From: a virus
Taxonomy: Duplodnaviria > Caudoviricetes
Direction: 5' to 3' (one strand)
Virus record (IMG/VR): IMGVR_UViG_3300035701_000030
Span: 1-61,499 of that record
Length of the DNA: 61,499 nt
Every line of letters begins with the position of its first letter. Within the stretch, counting starts at the first letter, position 1. The translations under genes and the position numbers were made by a program. Positions 57,425-61,499 of the stretch are shown here, in pieces. A model generated the notes under the pieces. That model ran no database searches. It had not been told where the DNA came from and saw nothing but the letters and a program-made list of their open reading frames with translations.

Positions 57425-57775
57425 CTAACCTCCTAGTGTTTGAATAATGGCGTATGAATTAAAGGCGCAACCAACCCATCCGCTAATGGCTGCAATTGGC
57501 AGCAAGATCCACATCATAATTAGCGGAGTCTTTTGTTTGATCATGCTAAACTTTAATGCAGACTTCCAAATCCTATAACCAATCCAAAGTTTTATAGCAA
57601 CAACAAGTGTTGGCCCACCTATAATCATAAGGGTGTTTACGATAGGGTTTAGTTCCTGCGCTATAGAGTAGGGAGCAACATGGATATAGAACATCGCAAA
57701 ACTAACAGAGTCTAGAATCTGCCCCGCTAGGACTAGGAAGCAGAGAAATACTAGGGTGTTAGTTTTAGTAATCAT
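57425..57775 (-). CDS. Three-TM membrane protein (DUF5658-like)
   Basis: LD..S, ELNPIV, K, terminal N in hydrophobic helices. Confidence 0.6.
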   Translation of the reverse strand: MITKTNTLVFLCFLVLAGQILDSVSFAMFYIHVAPYSIAQELNPIVNTLMIIGGPTLVVAIKLWIGYRIWKSALKFSMIKQKTPLIMMWILLPIAAISGWVGCAFNSYAIIQTLGG

Positions 57776-58049
57776 GGCCTTCAAGGCACATGCAATCCCC
57801 ACCACCATGATCGTGATTATCTAGTTTATCATCAATATGCAAAATAGACCAGCTATCTAATCCGCATTCTTGATGATAGTCAATCTCGTTATGCTCGTAG
57901 CAGAATTTGCGGGCAGGTTCTTGACACTTTCCCCCCGGAATGTTGCTAACATACCAATGCCGTGCTTCAATAAAATTCATGCGCGCATTTAGATCATCCG
58001 GGTGTTCTGGACCAATCTCTTCGGGATCGCGCTCATATAGATCAGTCAT
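57765..58049 (-). CDS. Hypothetical protein
   Basis: ATGA coupling. Confidence 0.5.
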   Translation of the reverse strand: MTDLYERDPEEIGPEHPDDLNARMNFIEARHWYVSNIPGGKCQEPARKFCYEHNEIDYHQECGLDSWSILHIDDKLDNHDHGGGDCMCLEGHDY

Positions 58050-58231
58050 CTTACATACCTTTTATTGATATATTCTTCTACATCTTTGTGTGCATACATG
58101 CGATCCCCGCGACTTCCAAATTTCCAATAAGGCAAATCTTTTTCGGGGATACGTTTTACGGTACTCATATGTACATTAAATAGTTCAGCTACCTGATACG
58201 CCCTAAGAAATTCTGGTGGCTTGTTTATCAT
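58046..58231 (-). CDS. HTH_17 / excisionase-like DNA-binding protein
   Basis: L...QVAELFNVH.STVKR..LP..GSRGDR.Y...DVEEY. Confidence 0.8.
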   Translation of the reverse strand: MINKPPEFLRAYQVAELFNVHMSTVKRIPEKDLPYWKFGSRGDRMYAHKDVEEYINKRYVR

Positions 58232-58232
58232 T

Positions 58233-58541
58233 TTACTGGAAGACTACTATAACATTTTCAATTATTAGCCACCAGCCCATTTTCTTACAGAGATTAGCGA
58301 CCTTAGTTCTTGCTTCTTCTTTAGTATAGGCTTGTGTTCCAAAGTCCCTGCTATGCCAAACACGGGCATTCATGGGTGCCATTGGATCATAACAGACTTG
58401 GGCAAAGATTGTGTATCCCATCTTCTGTGGGCCACTATCTTCGCCATACTCACATTGAGCACACCCTGCTCCAAATGTGGGCATTACTGCCGGTTTATCC
58501 AGATGGTAAGGACACATCAACACAGGCATTTCGGCGCTCAA
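58233..58541 (-). CDS. Hypothetical protein
   Basis: CPYH..CAQC. Confidence 0.45.
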   Translation of the reverse strand: MSAEMPVLMCPYHLDKPAVMPTFGAGCAQCEYGEDSGPQKMGYTIFAQVCYDPMAPMNARVWHSRDFGTQAYTKEEARTKVANLCKKMGWWLIIENVIVVFQ

Positions 58542-58680
58542 GTCTTTCTACTGCGTTAGCGATACGTTCTAGCAATTCTAATTCGTATTCTCGCTCACGC
58601 TGAATACGTTCCGCAGCCTCTCTTCGTTCACGGGCAAACTCTTCGATTGCCTCGATATCAATTTGCTGAACGCGAGGCAT
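58495..58680 (-). CDS. Small coiled-coil protein
   Basis: LERIANAVERL. Confidence 0.5.
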   Translation of the reverse strand: MPRVQQIDIEAIEEFARERREAAERIQREREYELELLERIANAVERLERRNACVDVSLPSG

Positions 58681-58684
58681 TTTA

Positions 58685-58822
58685 TCATGCCTTGGTTAGA
58701 TCAGGTTGATTATATGCCATATGCTGACATACGCCCTTCAAATCACCTGACCAGCCGCACTTACACTCATACCTACCAGTAGCACGCTTGAGAACAATAA
58801 GATGATCCTTAACACTAGCCAT
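58685..58822 (-). CDS. 45-aa protein not in track (H..CKCGW..H)
   Basis: SD AAGGA; fills gap. Confidence 0.45.
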   Translation of the reverse strand: MASVKDHLIVLKRATGRYECKCGWSGDLKGVCQHMAYNQPDLTKA

Positions 58823-58976
58823 TATTTTTGTCCTTATCAAAATATTTCTTTTTGGGCCTGTCATACCTGACTCTATCGACCCAAATAACTGCTGGATTAA
58901 ACTTAGCAGCTAACTCTAGAATATTATTCTTTCCAAATCTTTCATGAGAGTCTATAATAATATATTTCCAAGGCAT
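58815..58976 (-). CDS. 53-aa protein not in track
   Basis: SD GGAGG upstream; fills gap. Confidence 0.4.
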   Translation of the reverse strand: MPWKYIIIDSHERFGKNNILELAAKFNPAVIWVDRVRYDRPKKKYFDKDKNNG

Positions 58977-59016
58977 CCTCTTGTATCCTCCTGTACGTTC
59001 TATAGCTTATGTACTA

Positions 59017-59832
59017 TTATGATCCGTCTGCCTTCACTATGTCAAGCCCGTTGTCTTTTCCGGCCAGAATTTGCTGAATGTAAAGGACTAGTTCCCACCT
59101 ATCAAAGCGGTTAAGCTTTGCGGCGAGGGCATTACGGTCTTCCCAGCCATCATGCAGGAATTCGTTTAGCCCACAATCCCCGCATCGCCCTAGTTTTTCT
59201 GGATTTTCCCTAAATAAATGGTAGGCAGGAACGACAGGGTAGTACCCTGCTACTAGTTTGTTCTTGGTTAGATCAACTGTAGATACCCCTACGCGAAGTC
59301 CCCGTGCTTCCTCAACAATAGCGAGAGCAGAAGTTTCCCTAGATACAAACTCTTCCCAAGGTTCTTGTGGTTGTTCAAAGATTTCTTTTACTAATCTAGC
59401 TCTAGTACTACAAGCTTTCTCATGATCCTGAAGATACTTACCTTCAAGCTCCATCTCATATACATGAGCGCCTTCCCTAAAGGCTTTCTCTTTCTTAATC
59501 CACCCGTGAAATCCCCTTGTGCAAAGAACAGGATCGCCCTCTATTTCTAGCCACGGTCCCGGCTCGTAAGTAACTTTTTTAGCTGGTGCAGTTCCGAATC
59601 CAATCCCACCAAGTTTAATTGGTAGTGGAAATGCAAAACCTTGAAAGGTTGATTTATAGTTAGCATCCAATGATTTATATACTGTTAATCTTGACCGGGA
59701 GGCTGCTTGTAAATGAGATTGTTGGGTATGAAACTCAGCGTTAAACGTATTTCCCCCCACGCACGGAGATAGTGGAATATCTTTCGCCCCGCCACAGGTG
59801 GGGCACCACGGCTTGTTGGGATTAAGTTCCAC
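59017..59832 (-). CDS. Multi-domain hypothetical protein (LC..GFH..E.EL.G..K domain)
   Basis: SD GAGGG, GTG start; recurrent phage domain plus Cys/His microdomains. Confidence 0.55.
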   Translation of the reverse strand: MELNPNKPWCPTCGGAKDIPLSPCVGGNTFNAEFHTQQSHLQAASRSRLTVYKSLDANYKSTFQGFAFPLPIKLGGIGFGTAPAKKVTYEPGPWLEIEGDPVLCTRGFHGWIKKEKAFREGAHVYEMELEGKYLQDHEKACSTRARLVKEIFEQPQEPWEEFVSRETSALAIVEEARGLRVGVSTVDLTKNKLVAGYYPVVPAYHLFRENPEKLGRCGDCGLNEFLHDGWEDRNALAAKLNRFDRWELVLYIQQILAGKDNGLDIVKADGS

Positions 59833-59864
59833 CTTATTATCCCTCTTTCCACATCCTAAAGATT

Positions 59865-59941
59865 TGGTGCCCCCTCAGGGAGTCGAACCCTGCTATCGTA
59901 GTTTATAAGACTACTGCCTACAACCGGATGGCTCAGGGGGC
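59865..59941 (-). tRNA. tRNA-Ile (anticodon UAU), CCA encoded
   Basis: GCCCCCT-GA-GCC..GGC-A-GTAGT-CTTATAA-ACTAC-GATAG-CAGGG-TTCGACT-CCCTG-AGGGGGC-ACCA. Confidence 0.9.
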
Positions 59942-59974
59942 GTTTTGCGGAGTTTCTAAGGGGATGTTTGCGAA

Positions 59975-60547
59975 TCAGTAAGGCAGATCAATCTTATCTG
60001 CCTGATCATTCTCTGCTTCAACAAAATCCGCATCAGAGGGATAAACATATCCCTCAGGATAGGCAGAGGCAATAACTTTTGCATCACACTTGGGACAACC
60101 ATTCACATCGCCGCTAGCATGGCGATCCCGAGAATGGTCTAGCGCCATCTCAAACTTTACGGCTTCGATGCGCGCTTCTTTTACTGCTAGCGCGGATGCT
60201 GCTTGTGCATCAGCAACAGCAATGGGGGAACAATTCTCTTCCTCAACCTTTTCTGGTTCAGGCTGAGGGATTTGGAAACGTGTGCTTGTAATCTTATCTA
60301 GTGCGGGACGATCATAAGAAGCGTCATTATGTAGAATTGCCAGAGTAACAACTGTCTTCTGCTCGTCTTCCAGAGTATATTCTGTTCTGTTCTGCCATCC
60401 ATAAGGAGTATCGTTAGCATCACGCTCAACTAGTTTGGTGCTGCCATCACTTCTCGGTTCGATTGTGATAACACGCTTACCATCATCGCTAACGATTTCT
60501 AGCTGCTTGATTTCAGCGCGGACAATTTTGCCAGTAAGTTGCGACAT
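59975..60547 (-). CDS. Hypothetical protein
   Basis: SD AGGAG. Confidence 0.6.
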   Translation of the reverse strand: MSQLTGKIVRAEIKQLEIVSDDGKRVITIEPRSDGSTKLVERDANDTPYGWQNRTEYTLEDEQKTVVTLAILHNDASYDRPALDKITSTRFQIPQPEPEKVEEENCSPIAVADAQAASALAVKEARIEAVKFEMALDHSRDRHASGDVNGCPKCDAKVIASAYPEGYVYPSDADFVEAENDQADKIDLPY

Positions 60548-60556
60548 TTTATTCTC

Positions 60557-60862
60557 CTATCCTGTTTGGTTCTGTCGATCAAATGCGTAGATAGATTGGA
60601 TTGCTTGCATCATCCTTTCTTTTCCAACAGGATTAGCACTATGTACATTGATTGTTGGGGCAACATATTGTTCGATAGCAACCATGTATTCAATATAGAT
60701 AAGGACTTTCATCCCCGTGTCGTCCCCACCTAGATCATGGTCTAGCGAAATATATTCTACCTCTTCCCAAAAACCTTTTAGAAGGTCTATTGCTTCCTTT
60801 GAATTATATGAGCGCACCCAGCCCGGTGGGGCTTCGCGCTTATCATCAACCCACAACTTCAT
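60557..60862 (-). CDS. Cyclic-phosphate-processing receiver-like domain
   Basis: KLWVDD.R..P.GW, ISLDHDLG, TG..V, VHSANPVG..M. Confidence 0.75.
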   Translation of the reverse strand: MKLWVDDKREAPPGWVRSYNSKEAIDLLKGFWEEVEYISLDHDLGGDDTGMKVLIYIEYMVAIEQYVAPTINVHSANPVGKERMMQAIQSIYAFDRQNQTG

Positions 60863-60883
60863 TTTACGGCCCAAGTCTTTCGA

Positions 60884-61399
60884 CTAATACTCAAATTCTG
60901 GTGTACCAACAATATCACTAGGCCCTACGCGAAGAGTATCTGTTAGGATTGTGTTAATAAACTCTTCGCCATCTTCCTGCGCACGAATGGTAGCATGATT
61001 CTTGCAATGTTCAAGAAATGTCCGCTTATATGCAGCCTTGATTACTTTCTTTTCAGCCTCAGATGGCACGAATTCAATTTCTCCGATAATCTTATTTACA
61101 TACCTATCTGCTGCTTGACGGGCACTATCCTGAATAGTTTTTAGAACGGGGGAACCAAGGCTACCATTCCAAGTTTCAATCTCGTACTCATCCCCCCATC
61201 TTTTCGAAATGCCTAGATACTTCAGAAGAATAGTCTTGTTAAAGACTTTCTCAAGAGTATCATTTACGATGTTCTCAAGATCGGCTTCTGTTTCAGTCAG
61301 CCATTTATCACGCGCAGCAATAACTTTGTCGCGTAGTGGAACAACAGCAGATGGTTTCTTAGGAGTAGTAGACTTTGGATCATTAGACCACGGTGCCAT
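60884..61399 (-). CDS. Hypothetical protein
   Basis: SD AGGAG. Confidence 0.6.
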   Translation of the reverse strand: MAPWSNDPKSTTPKKPSAVVPLRDKVIAARDKWLTETEADLENIVNDTLEKVFNKTILLKYLGISKRWGDEYEIETWNGSLGSPVLKTIQDSARQAADRYVNKIIGEIEFVPSEAEKKVIKAAYKRTFLEHCKNHATIRAQEDGEEFINTILTDTLRVGPSDIVGTPEFEY

Positions 61400-61499
61400 T
61401 ACATTCTCCTGTTTTTGGGCACAGTTATCCTCTTAGGGACTTTAATTCGTCGTGTTATTCTCCTCTGCCATGATGTTCTTCATTGTCTTACCCCAAGCG

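Noticed and set aside
58046-58231. Excisionase implying a prophage
   Set aside because: No integrase, att site or host genes in window; HTH_17 proteins also occur in lytic phages
1-61499. Stop-codon reassignment
   Set aside because: Standard code gives dense, intact genes ending in TAA, TAG and TGA

Overview
A 61.5-kb fragment of a large, AT-rich siphovirus-like bacteriophage genome with two converging arms that meet at a bidirectional terminator (~37.36 kb). Plus arm: (i) a tail module with tail completion and terminator proteins, major tail protein, tail assembly chaperones with an A-AAA-AAC -1 frameshift, a 1797-aa tape measure, Dit, a 2287-aa multi-lectin protein ending in a second Dit copy, a decorated Tal and three tail-tip paralogues; (ii) a GT4 glycosyltransferase, a C39-like peptidase and a holin; (iii) replication and nucleotide genes, namely a gp32-like SSB, DnaB, a Zn-ribbon nuclease, a Cas4/RecB-like nuclease, a deaminase, two dNMP kinases, a DEDD exonuclease, a methyltransferase and an HNH. 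Minus arm: about 60 mostly small early-type genes, including two LuxR-type HTH proteins, a RuvB lacking its RuvA-binding hairpin, an Rnl2-type RNA ligase, an AT-hook protein, an AAA+ ATPase, an HNH set in RNA structure, a second deaminase, a cyclic-phosphate receiver-like domain and tRNA-Ile with anticodon UAU. I saw no capsid, terminase, polymerase, integrase, CRISPR array or reverse transcriptase. All calls are by-eye motif and synteny recognition; no database searches or computations were run.
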